Assembly (NCBI GenBank): GCA_035523915.1
Contig: DATKPV010000015.1
Location: 35,475 to 99,474 of the forward strand
Length of the DNA stretch: 64,000 nucleotides
Reading direction: 5' to 3'
Origin: Candidatus Aquilonibacter sp.
GTDB taxonomy: Bacteria; Acidobacteriota; Terriglobia; Terriglobales; Acidobacteriaceae
Part shown: one piece after another, positions 1-10,125 of the stretch
How positions within the stretch are numbered: position 1 is the stretch's first letter
How the letters are laid out: the number at the start of each line of letters is the position of its first letter
Made by a program: the position numbers and the translations under genes
The notes under the pieces: model-generated
The model's database searches: none
Told to the model about the DNA's origin: nothing
Seen by the model: the letters and a program-made list of their open reading frames with translations, nothing else

Positions 1-1642
1 CCGATTGATGCCGGAGAGTGAAACTGCCGACAAACCCCCACGATCGCGCGAGAACATGGGCTCGCCCTACGTCCCCCCCGACAGCTGGGTCTATCCCGCG
101 TTCGACCGCCTCATCGCGCTCGGCATTATTCGGGATGCCTATGTCGGCCTTCGTCCCTGGACCCGCATGCAATGCGCCCGCCTGGTCGAAGAGGCGGAAG
201 AGCCCATGGACGACGATGCCGGCGCTGACGCGGGCGCAGACAGGACGCTGACCGCGCTGGCCGACGAATTCCGGGAAGAAGCCTTGCGCCTGGATGGGGC
301 CAGCAGCGGCAGTGCAGGTGTGGATTCGATTTACACGCGCGCCACTTCAATCAGCGGAACCCCTCTGCGCGACGGTTACCACTTTGGGCAGACGATCATC
401 AATGATTACGGGCGACCCTACGGCGAAGGCTTCAATGCCATCACCGGCGTCACGGCGCACGCCGAGGCCGGAGCGTTTTCTCTGTTCGTGCAGGGAGAAT
501 ATCAGCGCGCTCCGGCCGTCGCTTCCGACGCGGCGCCGGTTCTTTCGGCGACCGCGGCCGTAGACTCGGTTTCTCCTGTAGCTTCCGATGCCACGCCCGG
601 CACTGACCGTTTGCGGCTGCTCCAGAGCGCGGCCGCGGTCACATTCCACGGCGTGCAGGTCTCGTTGGGCCGGCAGAGCTTGTGGCTCAGCCCTGGTGCG
701 GGCGGGCCGTTGCTGTTCAGCGATAACGCCGCGCCCATGGCCATGCTGCGCATCGACGCCGTGACTCCCTACGAGATTCCCCTGCTGTCTCGTCTGCTGG
801 GGCCGGTGCGATCGGAATTCTTTCTTGGCCGCTTCTCCGGCCAGACCTGGGAGTTTTCTCCGCAGCTCTATGGACCGGAACTGGCTTCGCAACCGTTTCT
901 GCACGGCAGCAAGTTCAGCTTCCATCCCACGGCAAATCTCGAGTTCGGCATGGGCTTCACCGCCCAGTTCGGCGGGCCGGGCAATCCCTTCACCTGGGGA
1001 AATTTTCTGCGCACGTTTTACTCGCACCGGGTGGGCATCGCCAACAATCCGGCCAAGCGGCTTTCGGAATTCGATTTCCGCTACCGGGTTCCGAGGTTGC
1101 GCAACTGGGCTGAGGTGTATGCCGACTCCATGGTCATCGATGAATACTCCCCCATCGGCTCAACCCGCCCGGCCATCAATCCTGGCGTCTACTTCCCGCG
1201 GCTGCCCAGGCTGACAAACCTCGATCTGCGTCTGGAAGGCGTTACTACCGATTTGAATGTTCCCGCGCACTACGGCCCGGGAGCATTTTACTGGGACGAC
1301 CGCTACCGCTCCGGATACACCAATGACGGAAATTTGATCGGCAGCTGGGTAGGCCGCCGCGGCCGGGGCGAGCAAGGCTGGCTCACCTATCACTTCTCCC
1401 CGTACAGCGATGTCGGGTTCGCCTACCGCCACAATAGCGTGGATCGTGGCTTTCTCGAGGGTGGCAGCCTGCGCGATTTCAGCGTCCGCGCCGAAATTGC
1501 GCTTGGTCGCACAACCAGCCTCGCCGCCTTCGTGCAGCAGGAGCGCTGGCATTTCCCGCTTCTCGCCGCCGGAGCGCAGTCGGATCTGACCGCAGCCGTA
1601 CAGCTCACATTCTGGCCGGGACGAAAGCCGAAACGGAACTAG
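1..1642 (+). CDS. Capsule assembly Wzi-family outer membrane protein (5' end probably outside window)
   Basis: N-terminal segment YVPPDSWVYPAFDRLIALGIIRDAYVGLRPWTRMQCARLVEE resembles the conserved Wzi N-terminal helical region. The rest is Gly/aromatic-rich and beta-barrel-like. No signal peptide is visible and the frame is open to the window edge, so the gene is likely truncated. Confidence 0.6.
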   Translation, partial: RLMPESETADKPPRSRENMGSPYVPPDSWVYPAFDRLIALGIIRDAYVGLRPWTRMQCARLVEEAEEPMDDDAGADAGADRTLTALADEFREEALRLDGASSGSAGVDSIYTRATSISGTPLRDGYHFGQTIINDYGRPYGEGFNAITGVTAHAEAGAFSLFVQGEYQRAPAVASDAAPVLSATAAVDSVSPVASDATPGTDRLRLLQSAAAVTFHGVQVSLGRQSLWLSPGAGGPLLFSDNAAPMAMLRIDAVTPYEIPLLSRLLGPVRSEFFLGRFSGQTWEFSPQLYGPELASQPFLHGSKFSFHPTANLEFGMGFTAQFGGPGNPFTWGNFLRTFYSHRVGIANNPAKRLSEFDFRYRVPRLRNWAEVYADSMVIDEYSPIGSTRPAINPGVYFPRLPRLTNLDLRLEGVTTDLNVPAHYGPGAFYWDDRYRSGYTNDGNLIGSWVGRRGRGEQGWLTYHFSPYSDVGFAYRHNSVDRGFLEGGSLRDFSVRAEIALGRTTSLAAFVQQERWHFPLLAAGAQSDLTAAVQLTFWPGRKPKRN

Positions 1643-1675
1643 GCCTTCGCACAAGCGGACTGCCCAGTAGTTCTC

Positions 1676-3109
1676 ATGGCGCCGATTCAAGAGCAATCCC
1701 ACGGCATCGTGGAAGAGCATGGCCTGGCCGAAGCTGCCGAACGGCGGCGCCCGGACTCGGTTCATGCACGAACCATCGCCCGGCTGCGCGTGCTGTGGTG
1801 TGAGCGGCGGTTTTTGTTTCGCGCCTCTGCCGGCGGCCTGCTCGCCTGTACCGTGCTTGCCTTGTCGCTGCCCAAACGTTACCAATCGACTGCGCGCCTG
1901 ATGCCGCCCGACGACCAATCGGTTTCCGGGCTGGCCATGGCTGCCTCTCTGGCCGGCAGAATGAATGGCGCTCTGGGCAGCCTGGCGGGCGGAATGCTCG
2001 GGCTGAAAAGTTCGGGCGATCTGTTCATCGGGATTCTGGGCAGCCGCACCGTCGAGGACGGCATTATCGGCAAGTTCGATTTGCGCCGGGTGTACCACCA
2101 ACGCCTTTGGCAAAACGCCCGCCAGACCCTGGCGGCAAACACGGCGATTTTTGAAGATCGCAAAAACGGAATCATCACCATCTCGGTGACCGACCGCGAT
2201 CCGCAACGCGCCGCCGCCATCGCGCAAGAATATATAACGGAGCTGAACGGGGTGGTCAGCCAGCTCAGCACATCCTCGGCGCGGCGGGAGCGCATCTTCC
2301 TCGAAGGCCGGCTGGCCCAAGTGCGGAGCGACCTGGAGCAGGCGGAAAAGGATTTCGGCCGCTTCGCCAGCCAAAATGCCACGGTCGATCTCAAGGAGCA
2401 GGGGCGCGTCATGGTAGGAGCAGCCGCCACGGTCGAGGGCCAGCTGATCGCGGCGCAATCCGAACTGGAAGGGCTCAAGCAGATTTATTCCGATCAGAAC
2501 GTGCGGGTGCGCGCGCTGGTCGCACGCATCAGCGAACTCGAGAGCCAGCTGGCGCAGCTGGGAGGAAAGGAACAGCAGCAGGAGGTGGCGGGCGACGCCA
2601 CCCACCCGGACGGCGGTGATCTTTATCCCTCGCTTCGTAAGCTCCCGCTTCTCGGCGTACCCTATGCCGATCTTTACCGCCAGACCCGCGTCGAGGAGGC
2701 GGTGTTCGAAACCCTGACGCAGGAGTACGAGATGGCGAAAGTGGCCGAGGCCAAGGAAATCCCCAGCGTGAAGGTGCTCGACCCGCCGAACGTCCCGGAG
2801 AAGAAGTCATTTCCCCCGCGGGCCGCCATCGTCGAGCTGGGCACCTTTCTCACTTTCAGTTTCTCGGCGCTGGCCGTGTTGGCTCGTGCCCGCTGGGAGG
2901 AAGTCGAGGCCGAGGACCCGCAAAAGATTCTGGCGCGGGAGGTGCTCGGGACCATCGAGGCCCATATGCCCTGGGCGGCGCCCGACGGTTCGCGCCTTCA
3001 GGCCATGACCCACCGCTGGTGGCTGCGCTGGGAGCACGGAAATGAGAACCGGAATGGCGGAAATCATGCCAATGGACCTCCATCCTGCGACGACGCACTG
3101 AAACGCTGA
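1676..3109 (+). CDS. Polysaccharide chain-length determinant / co-polymerase (Wzz/GumC-like PCP, no kinase domain)
   Basis: N-terminal TM helix followed by LPKRYQSTARLMPPD (Wzz-type motif). Long central coiled coil (LEQAEKDF..., ELEGLKQIY..., ISELESQLAQL) and a C-terminal TM helix. No Walker A kinase module. Confidence 0.7.
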   Translation: MAPIQEQSHGIVEEHGLAEAAERRRPDSVHARTIARLRVLWCERRFLFRASAGGLLACTVLALSLPKRYQSTARLMPPDDQSVSGLAMAASLAGRMNGALGSLAGGMLGLKSSGDLFIGILGSRTVEDGIIGKFDLRRVYHQRLWQNARQTLAANTAIFEDRKNGIITISVTDRDPQRAAAIAQEYITELNGVVSQLSTSSARRERIFLEGRLAQVRSDLEQAEKDFGRFASQNATVDLKEQGRVMVGAAATVEGQLIAAQSELEGLKQIYSDQNVRVRALVARISELESQLAQLGGKEQQQEVAGDATHPDGGDLYPSLRKLPLLGVPYADLYRQTRVEEAVFETLTQEYEMAKVAEAKEIPSVKVLDPPNVPEKKSFPPRAAIVELGTFLTFSFSALAVLARARWEEVEAEDPQKILAREVLGTIEAHMPWAAPDGSRLQAMTHRWWLRWEHGNENRNGGNHANGPPSCDDALKR

Positions 3110-3210
3110 CGTTTCAATCCTGGGCTATCTGCAACGGAACCGAAAACCTTTTGCAGCATTTCGAACCCAGATCAAGCGACTTCCAATTTTTTCGGGGAGG
3201 AAACCGGGCA

Positions 3211-4407
3211 ATGAAGATTCTAGTTTTGGGCGGCGACGGATACCTGGGCTGGCCCACAGCCATGTATCTGTCGCGCGCCGGACATACGCTGGCGGTGGCC
3301 GACAACTTCGCCAAGCGCCGCTGGGAGCTGGAGCTGAATGTCGAGCCTCTGATCCCGATTCATACCCTGCACGACCGGGTCGAGGCCTGGCGCGAACGCA
3401 CCGGGCGGGAGATCGAGCTGTTTGTAGGCGACTTGCGCAACTACGGCGTAGTCGAGGGCATGCTGGCGAGTTTCCGGCCCGAGGCCATCGTGCACTACGG
3501 CGAGCAGCCTTCGGCGCCCTATTCCATGATCGACCACAACCGCTGTGTCTTCACCCAGGTCAACAACGTGACCGGCACACTGAACGTGCTGTGGGCCATG
3601 AAAAAACTCGATCTGGCCTGCCACCTGGTGAAACTGGGCACCATGGGAGAGTACGGCACGCCCAACATCGACATCGAGGAAGGCTTTCTTGAAGTGCGGC
3701 ACAAGGGCCGCAGCGACATCCTGCCTTTTCCCTGCCAGCCCGGCTCGTTTTATCACCTTTCGAAAGTCCACGACAGCCACAACCTCCGCTTCGCCTGCCG
3801 CGCCTGGAAGATGGCGGCCACCGACCTGCATCAGGGCGTGGTTTACGGTGTCGAAACCGAGGAAACCGGCATGGGCGAGCGCCTGGCCACCAGCTTTCAC
3901 TATGACGATGTGTTCGGCACAGCGCTCAACCGTTTTTGCGTGCAAGCGGTGGCCGGGCTGCCGCTGACCGTGTACGGCCAGGGCGGGCAGCGCCGGGGTT
4001 TTCTGAATCTGCGCGACACCCTGCGTTGCGTCGAACTGGCCGTCCTGCATCCGGCACAACCGGGGGAATACCGCGTGTTCAACCAGTTCACCGAAACCTT
4101 CACCGTGCTCCAACTGGCGGAACTGGTGGCAAACCAGGGACGCAAGCTCGGACTTCCCGTGGAAATCGAGCATCTGGAAAATCCCCGGGTGGAGCAGGAG
4201 CAGCACCACTACAATCCGGCGCACACCAAGCTGCTCGATCTCGGCCTGCAACCGCATCTGCTGTCGAACGAGCTGGTGGGCAGCATGATGGGCACGATCC
4301 TCAGGTACAAAGCCCGCATCAAGCGCGAGATCATCCTGCCCAAAGTCAAGTGGAGCGCCCCTGCCCGGGAAGTCGAAGACCTCAAACTGATGTGGGCCGG
4401 CGCCTGA
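3211..4407 (+). CDS. sqdB: UDP-sulfoquinovose synthase (SQD1/SqdB/Agl3 family SDR)
   Basis: Near-colinear match from memory to plant SQD1: MKILVLGGDGYLGWPTAMYLS (GGDGYxGW Rossmann), HYGEQPSAPYSMID, NNVTGTLNVLWA, KLGTMGEYGTPNIDIEEGF and PGSFYHLSKVHDSHN (the YHLSK catalytic motif with the SQD1-specific His). Start moved to ATG 3211, which has GGGGAGG about 10 nt upstream. Confidence 0.85.
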   Translation: MKILVLGGDGYLGWPTAMYLSRAGHTLAVADNFAKRRWELELNVEPLIPIHTLHDRVEAWRERTGREIELFVGDLRNYGVVEGMLASFRPEAIVHYGEQPSAPYSMIDHNRCVFTQVNNVTGTLNVLWAMKKLDLACHLVKLGTMGEYGTPNIDIEEGFLEVRHKGRSDILPFPCQPGSFYHLSKVHDSHNLRFACRAWKMAATDLHQGVVYGVETEETGMGERLATSFHYDDVFGTALNRFCVQAVAGLPLTVYGQGGQRRGFLNLRDTLRCVELAVLHPAQPGEYRVFNQFTETFTVLQLAELVANQGRKLGLPVEIEHLENPRVEQEQHHYNPAHTKLLDLGLQPHLLSNELVGSMMGTILRYKARIKREIILPKVKWSAPAREVEDLKLMWAGA

Positions 4408-4458
4408 CAGCTATCTGGAATTCGGTCAGCTTCGAGCTGAAGATCACGCCTCTTCGCC

Positions 4459-5382
4459 ATGAACGTTGAGATCTATTCGGAATGGTTGCGCCGCCAGGGC
4501 CAGACCGTGCTGCGCAGCCCGAGCAGCTACTGGCACAGCGCCGGCTTCGGAGTCTGTCAGGCCTTTCCTTATCATTGGCTGATCCAGCCGCCGGCCGAAG
4601 AGCTGCGAGAGTTGATGGCCGGGGCGCGCGTGGCCGCGCTGCGTTATTCGCTTCCAGCGGGCGGGCCGGGCGGCAATCCGAGCTATCACGTCATCTACCA
4701 GGCGGATGACTATGGCCTGGAAAGCTTGCGCTCGTGGGCGCGAAAAAATGTGCGCCGCGGCCTGCGCCAGTGTGAGGTCACTCCCATCTCGTTCGCCCGC
4801 TATGTGGAGGAAGGCTGGGAGCTGCGGCTCGACACCCTGGCCCGCCAGGGACGCCGGGTGCAGGAATCGCAGCGTGACTGGCGGCGCCGCTACCTTGCGG
4901 CCGCCGAGTTGCCTGGATTTGAAGTTTGGGGCGCGATGGTGCAGGGCCGGCTGGCCGCAACTCTGGTGGTCTTCCAGCTGGACAACTGGTTTTACCTGCT
5001 GTATCAGCAGTGCCACAGCGGCTACCTGCGTGAGCACGTGAACAATGCCCTCAGCTTCACGGTCACGCGAAACCTGGTCGGGCGGCCCGCGACCCGAGGC
5101 GTCTTCTATGGCATGCAATCGCTCGACGCCCCCTCCAGCGTCGATGAGTTCAAGCTGCGTATGGGATATGAGGCTCGGCCAGTGCGGCAGAGCGTGGCCT
5201 TTCATCCTGTGCTGGCGTTGCTGGCCAATCGTTTCAGCCAGCAAGCGCTGCGGGCGGCCAAGGGGTTGCGCCCGGGGAGCCGTTGGCTGGCCAAGACCGA
5301 GGGCCTGCTCCGGCTACACCTGGCAGAGAAGCACCACACTCCTGAGCCACTCAATCCCCGCTATGACTGCGCCACAAAGTAG
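4459..5382 (+). CDS. GNAT/FemAB-fold acyltransferase-like protein (Acetyltransf_6/CelD-like), function uncertain
   Basis: Soluble 307 aa protein in the EPS operon. The C-terminal half (FQLDNWFYLLYQQCHSGYLREHVNNALSF...DEFKLRMGY) resembles the BioF2/FemAB-like GNAT domain common in exopolysaccharide loci. Weak recall-based call. Confidence 0.4.
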   Translation: MNVEIYSEWLRRQGQTVLRSPSSYWHSAGFGVCQAFPYHWLIQPPAEELRELMAGARVAALRYSLPAGGPGGNPSYHVIYQADDYGLESLRSWARKNVRRGLRQCEVTPISFARYVEEGWELRLDTLARQGRRVQESQRDWRRRYLAAAELPGFEVWGAMVQGRLAATLVVFQLDNWFYLLYQQCHSGYLREHVNNALSFTVTRNLVGRPATRGVFYGMQSLDAPSSVDEFKLRMGYEARPVRQSVAFHPVLALLANRFSQQALRAAKGLRPGSRWLAKTEGLLRLHLAEKHHTPEPLNPRYDCATK

Positions 5383-6787
5383 CCTCCCACTCCAGGACAG
5401 CGTCCGACCCGTTACCGCTGCACGGCCAGGGTGGCTCTACGAATCGGTTGCCAGGCGGCGAAGCATCGCCGCCGGCAACGCCTCGTGCCATGAGCTCCTG
5501 CACGACTCGTTTGCTTACCTGGCAAGCAAGATCATTCCCGGATTCTTTGCGCTGGTTTCTGTTCCGGTGTTTGTCCGGGTGCTGGGCATCGAGGAATATG
5601 GCCGGCTTTCCCTGCTGCTGCCGGTCCTGATGGCCCCGGCCGCGGCCGGGGCGGGATGGTTGCAGCAAGGCATTTTGCGCTTTCATCCGCCCGCGCGCGC
5701 CCAGGATCCGGGAGCACCCGGCTTCTATCAGGCTGTCCGCGGCGGGACAGCTTGGGCAGTTCTGGGACTTGCCCTGTTGCTGGTGCCGGTCTTGCGCATT
5801 CTTCATTACCCTGCCGTCTTCTGGCTGATTGCCGAACTCTATTGTGCTCTCCAATTGATCTACTCGGTTCGTTTGAGTGGGCTGCAAGCCCGACTCCTGC
5901 CGCGCCAGGTGGCGGTCAGCGAGATGCTGCGCGCCGGGGCGGGCTTCATGCTTCCGCTGGCGCTGATCCTGCTGACGGGAAAGAAATCGCTTGCCCTCAT
6001 GCTCGCGGGGCTGGCCTGCGGCTACGCGTTGCCCCTAGCGATAGGACACGATCCCCGGAGGGTCATCGCCGGGTATGGACGGCGGCGAGGCCAGGGTCTA
6101 CTCCTGCTCCAAGCTGGAGCCAAGAAAATCCTCGCCCAATTATGGCGCTTTGGATGGGCGGTCGGAGCCTGGCTGATGCTCTGTCAGGCGCTGCCGCTGA
6201 TTGGACGTTCGATGATCGAGCGGTACGCCGGGTACGCCCAGGCGGGAGTATACGCATCTTTGTACGAGCTGGCGGTGCGGGCCTTTTCTTTCTTCGCCTT
6301 CCCGGTAACACTGGCCGCGCATCCCCGCATCATGCGCTCCTGGAATCTGGGCGATTACGCCGGAGCACGCCGCACTCTTGCTCAGGCTATCTGGATGCAG
6401 GCGCTCTTGTTCATTCCCGTAGAAGCCGCCGGCATCGCGTTTGCCCGTCCGCTGACCACTCTGATCTCGGGAGACGCCGCTGCGTCGCGCTGGCTGCTTC
6501 CCCTGCTGATGCTGGGAGGCTTTTTGTGGCAGACGGCGCTGCTGGCGCACAAGCCGCTCGAAATTCTCGAGCGCACGCGAACCATGCTGGCGGGGATGCT
6601 GGCGGTCATCGTGTGCGAGTTCCTAGGAAACTACCTTCTGGTGCCACGCTTCGGCATGATCGCTGCCGTCTATGTCTTTGTGCTGGGCGCGCTGGTTTAT
6701 CTGGCATTGGTCTCCGCCTGCGCCCAGCTTCTCCAGGACCGACCCGGCTGCCTGCCCGCATCGCCGGCAATGGAGACCTCCGGCTGA
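5363..6787 (+). CDS. wzx: Oligosaccharide-unit flippase (Wzx, MOP superfamily)
   Basis: Multi-TM protein. N-terminal LLHDSFAYLASKIIPGFFALVSVPVFVRVLGIEEYGRLSL matches the typical Wzx/polysaccharide-biosynthesis-protein start. Start set to the in-frame ATG at 5363, which overlaps the previous gene by 20 nt. The supplied ORF start at 5045 lies inside the upstream gene. Confidence 0.7.
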   Translation: MTAPQSSLPLQDSVRPVTAARPGWLYESVARRRSIAAGNASCHELLHDSFAYLASKIIPGFFALVSVPVFVRVLGIEEYGRLSLLLPVLMAPAAAGAGWLQQGILRFHPPARAQDPGAPGFYQAVRGGTAWAVLGLALLLVPVLRILHYPAVFWLIAELYCALQLIYSVRLSGLQARLLPRQVAVSEMLRAGAGFMLPLALILLTGKKSLALMLAGLACGYALPLAIGHDPRRVIAGYGRRRGQGLLLLQAGAKKILAQLWRFGWAVGAWLMLCQALPLIGRSMIERYAGYAQAGVYASLYELAVRAFSFFAFPVTLAAHPRIMRSWNLGDYAGARRTLAQAIWMQALLFIPVEAAGIAFARPLTTLISGDAAASRWLLPLLMLGGFLWQTALLAHKPLEILERTRTMLAGMLAVIVCEFLGNYLLVPRFGMIAAVYVFVLGALVYLALVSACAQLLQDRPGCLPASPAMETSG

Positions 6788-8094
6788 TGCTGACCGCGGA
6801 TTCTCTGCCTTCGTTTGGTTCGGCATGGCTGCCGGCAGCTCTATTGGCAGCTCTCAGCCTCTGTTTCCGCTGGCGAAGCGGAAGCTGGCTGGCCCCGAGC
6901 GCGTTCCTCGGCTTGATTTGGTCCAGCTATCTGCCCGCCTCGATGCTTGCGATGGACCGTCCTTTAGCCGCGTTGGGCATCTGGGCTTTGCTGGCGTTGA
7001 TCGTTTCCGCCCAGCTGGGATGCGTTCTGGGGGAAGGCACAGCAGCGGAACCAGCGCCGGGGGATCCGCCCGCAGCTTTTGCCGATCATCAGCATCGGCG
7101 CCTTGGGCGAGCTTGTTGGCTTCTCCTCCTAGTGGCTCTGGCGGGCTGTGCCAGCTTTGTGTACCTGACCTTGCACCTGTTCGGGCAGCCTCTCAACGTT
7201 GCTTCTTTGATCGAGATGGCGGCGCGCTGGACCTTTTTGCGCTATGACGAGTTCATCGATCCCTGGCCGCTTCGCCTGGCCGCGATCTGGGCCTATCCTC
7301 CGGCTCTGCTGGGCGGCATCTGGTTTGCAATGTCGGAACACGGGTGGGAAAAATTCCTCGGGTTGCTCTCGCTCTTGCCGTGCCTGTTGATCACCTTTCT
7401 CTCCGGCGGACGGATCGCCTTCCTGATCGGCTTGGCCTGCTGGCTGGGAGGAAGCTGGTCGGTTCGCACGGCACGCTCGGGCGGCGCCGTTCGCCTGCTG
7501 CGAAAAAGAACCGCGCTCTCGCTGGCGGCGCTGGGCTGCGGCCTGCTGCTGCTCTTTGCTGCCGTCAACATGTTTCGCGGCGCGGCCAGGACCGACGATG
7601 TTCGAGATCTGGCTTTGGAGTTCAACGGGGCGCAGGCCCGCAACTACGTATTTGGGTCGCCGGCCGCCTTTGCCTCCTGGTTCACCAGCGCGGAGCGCAC
7701 TCCAGCAACTTGGGGAGCGAGTTCTTTCCCCGGAGCTTTCGACCTGCTCCACATCCACCAGCGAACGCTGGGCACGTACACCGACCAGGCGCGCACGGTC
7801 GACTCGGAAACCACCAACGTCTTCACCATGTTTCGCGGGCTGGTGGAGGATTTCACGCTTCCCGGCGCGCTTCTGCTCTGCGGCCTCTGGGGATATTCGA
7901 GCGGACGCGCCTACGCCCGCCACTCCCTCGAGAACGGGCCCCTGCTGACCCTAGCTGCATACTACGCGACGGCCCTCTTCAGCCCTCTGATGTGCGTCTT
8001 CGGCTTCAACAGCACCGTCTTTGCCTGGACCGTGGCGTGGACTGTCTTGCGCCGAAAGAACAGCTCTGCTCAACCCACAACGCTATATGCCTGA
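6787..8094 (+). CDS. O-antigen/EPS polymerase-like integral membrane protein (Wzy-like)
   Basis: About 435 aa, roughly 10 predicted TM helices with a larger loop in the C-terminal half. It sits between Wzx and the glycosyltransferases. ATG 6787 overlaps the wzx TGA (ATGA). Confidence 0.5.
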   Translation: MLTADSLPSFGSAWLPAALLAALSLCFRWRSGSWLAPSAFLGLIWSSYLPASMLAMDRPLAALGIWALLALIVSAQLGCVLGEGTAAEPAPGDPPAAFADHQHRRLGRACWLLLLVALAGCASFVYLTLHLFGQPLNVASLIEMAARWTFLRYDEFIDPWPLRLAAIWAYPPALLGGIWFAMSEHGWEKFLGLLSLLPCLLITFLSGGRIAFLIGLACWLGGSWSVRTARSGGAVRLLRKRTALSLAALGCGLLLLFAAVNMFRGAARTDDVRDLALEFNGAQARNYVFGSPAAFASWFTSAERTPATWGASSFPGAFDLLHIHQRTLGTYTDQARTVDSETTNVFTMFRGLVEDFTLPGALLLCGLWGYSSGRAYARHSLENGPLLTLAAYYATALFSPLMCVFGFNSTVFAWTVAWTVLRRKNSSAQPTTLYA

Positions 8095-8989
8095 CGTTCT
8101 CGTCATTCCCGTGAATTACAGAGCCGCTTCGGCGACGGAGAAGTTTCTACGCAGCGCAGCTCGGCTGGAAGGATTCACACGCGTGCACTTCCTGGTGGTG
8201 GACAACAACTCAGGCGACGGCTCGGCAGAAGAGCTTCGCTCCTCGGTGAGCAGTTACCCCAATGTGGAACTGCTCGAATCGACCAGCAATCGGGGATATT
8301 TCGGCGGCGCCAACTGGGCCTTGCAAAACTACCTCCGGCGCAGGCACAGGCCGGATTGGGTCGTCGTCAGCAACCACGACATCACCTTCAACGATCCGAA
8401 GTTTTTCACAAGGCTTTTGCAGCGGGACCCTGCCAGCGCGGCCGTTCTTGCCCCGACGATTATTTCCTCGCAAACGGGAATAGACAGTAATCCGTTTCTG
8501 CGCCGCCGGCCTTCGGAGTGGCAGCTCCGGTGGTACCGTTTCTGGCTGTCCCACTATTCCCTGATGTGGTGCAAGCAGCTGCTTTCCCCTTTCGTGCGGC
8601 GGCTGCGGCAGGCGGGGCGGAGACCATCCGAACACGGCGACTGCAGCCATATCTACGCTCCGCACGGCTCATTTCTGATATTCAGCCGCTCGTATTTCGA
8701 GGCCGGAGGCTGCATCGACGACGGCTTCTTTCTCTATGCGGAAGAGTTCTCGGTGGCGGAAATCTGCCGACGCCTGGGGTTGCAAATCGTCCATGAGCGG
8801 AGCTTGCGGGTTTTTCACGACGCTCATCATGCAACCGGAAGGCTGTGCAACCGGGCGATGTTCGACGAGGGCAGGAAGGGTCTGGAGTACGCCTTGCGGA
8901 ACTACTTCTTTCCGCGGCCGGGCGTCGAATTCCACCCCAGTCAAAGAAACGATGCAGCTGCATCGTTGCAGGGAGGAAGCCGCCCGTGA
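8087..8989 (+). CDS. Glycosyltransferase family 2 (soluble, rhamnosyltransferase-like)
   Basis: VLVIPVNYRAA...VHFLVVDNNSGDGSAEEL...NRGYFGGANWAL is a typical GT2 N-terminal Rossmann-like domain. ATG 8087 overlaps the end of the upstream gene by 8 nt. Confidence 0.75.
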   Translation: MPDVLVIPVNYRAASATEKFLRSAARLEGFTRVHFLVVDNNSGDGSAEELRSSVSSYPNVELLESTSNRGYFGGANWALQNYLRRRHRPDWVVVSNHDITFNDPKFFTRLLQRDPASAAVLAPTIISSQTGIDSNPFLRRRPSEWQLRWYRFWLSHYSLMWCKQLLSPFVRRLRQAGRRPSEHGDCSHIYAPHGSFLIFSRSYFEAGGCIDDGFFLYAEEFSVAEICRRLGLQIVHERSLRVFHDAHHATGRLCNRAMFDEGRKGLEYALRNYFFPRPGVEFHPSQRNDAAASLQGGSRP

Positions 8990-10125
8990 ACTGGCAATAT
9001 GCGCTTCTCGCAACCTTGATGTTTCTGCTGGCTTACACCTGGGCAGGCTACCCGGCGCTGTTGTGGGCACTGAGAACTCTAATACGAAGACCATTGCACA
9101 GCGCCTGCGCTGTCATCCCCGCTATCTCTGTCATCGTTGCCGTACGCAACGAGGAGGCGCAAATCGGCGCGAAACTCGCCGATTGCCTGGCGCTGCGCTA
9201 TCCGGAGGGGAAGCGGGAAATTGTGGTGGCCTCCGACGGTTCGACCGACGCTACCGACTCGATCGTCGAGGCCTGGGGCCAGCGTCATCGTTGCATCCGG
9301 CTTGTGCGCACCGTGGGCCGCGGGGGAAAAAGCGGCGCGCAGAACCTCGCCGCCGAACAGGCGCGCGGAGAAATTCTTCTGTTCACCGACGCAGGCACGC
9401 GCACGCGTCCTGACTTGCTCGAGCAACTCGCCGAAGACTTTGCCGACCCGCGCATTGGGCTGGTGGCGCCGGTCGTGCACTTTGGCCGCTTCGACTCGGC
9501 TGTTTCCAGAAGTCAGAACGCCTACTGGCGATTCGAACTTTGGCTGCGGCGGATGGAATCCGACCTCGGAATTCTGGCGACGGCCAGCGGAGCCGCTTTC
9601 GCCATCCGGCACCGGCTGTTCCGGCCTATCCCGCCCCAATTCGGCGATGATTGCGTCGTTCCCCTCGATGTCCGCCTGCAGGGCTTCCGTATCCTGCAGG
9701 ACGAGCGGGCGATCGTCTGCGACGAAATGCCGCATTCGATCCAGGGCGAGTTTCGCACCCGGGTTCGCATGACCGCGCGCAACTGGAGCGGTATCCTTAG
9801 CCGTCCCCGAGTGCTCAACCCCCTGCGCTTGCCCGGAACCGCCTGGGGATTGCTTTCGCACAAATTCCTGCGCTGGATGACTCCGTTCTTCCTGGCTGGA
9901 ACCTTCCTGCTCAGCGCAGGGCTGGCTTGCGGCGGGCGGCTGATGCCGCTCTTTGTCTTGCAGCTTATCTTCTATCTTGCCGCTCTGATCGGCTGGCGCC
10001 GTTCGCGCGAGCGCTCATGCGCGCGCATTTTTGGCTATCCTTTCGCTTTCTGCCTCGCCAACCTCGGGTTCCTGCTTGGAGTCCTGCGCAGCATTCTCGG
10101 GGAGCGGGTGGTGGTCTACAAATGA
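8986..10125 (+). CDS. Membrane-anchored glycosyltransferase family 2
   Basis: N-terminal TM, then ISVIVAVRNEEAQIG...EIVVASDGSTDATDSIV...GKSGAQNLAAEQARGEILLFTDAGT (GT2 DxD region), then C-terminal TM helices. GTG 8986 overlaps the previous TGA (GTGA) and has GGGAGGA about 9 nt upstream. Confidence 0.75.
   Translation: MNWQYALLATLMFLLAYTWAGYPALLWALRTLIRRPLHSACAVIPAISVIVAVRNEEAQIGAKLADCLALRYPEGKREIVVASDGSTDATDSIVEAWGQRHRCIRLVRTVGRGGKSGAQNLAAEQARGEILLFTDAGTRTRPDLLEQLAEDFADPRIGLVAPVVHFGRFDSAVSRSQNAYWRFELWLRRMESDLGILATASGAAFAIRHRLFRPIPPQFGDDCVVPLDVRLQGFRILQDERAIVCDEMPHSIQGEFRTRVRMTARNWSGILSRPRVLNPLRLPGTAWGLLSHKFLRWMTPFFLAGTFLLSAGLACGGRLMPLFVLQLIFYLAALIGWRRSRERSCARIFGYPFAFCLANLGFLLGVLRSILGERVVVYK

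Noticed and set aside
1160-2605. Long antisense ORFs opposite confidently called genes. Examples: 1160-2605(-), 3220-4257(-), 16388-17770(-), 44968-46698(+), 50934-52295(+), 60580-61359(-).
   Set aside because: Their translations are Arg/Gly/Ala/Pro-rich with no motifs. Each lies fully within a gene whose product has clear family signatures. This is the expected stop-codon depletion of a high-GC genome.
5045-6786. Long N-terminal extensions of supplied ORFs: 5045 for wzx, 5656 for the wzy-like gene, 22886 for PilZ, 57688 for ruvC, 9927 for the methyltransferase and 38662 for the permease.
   Set aside because: The extensions overlap upstream or antisense genes and have junk-like composition. 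In-frame downstream starts coincide with homologous N-termini, SD-like sequences or stop/start overlaps.
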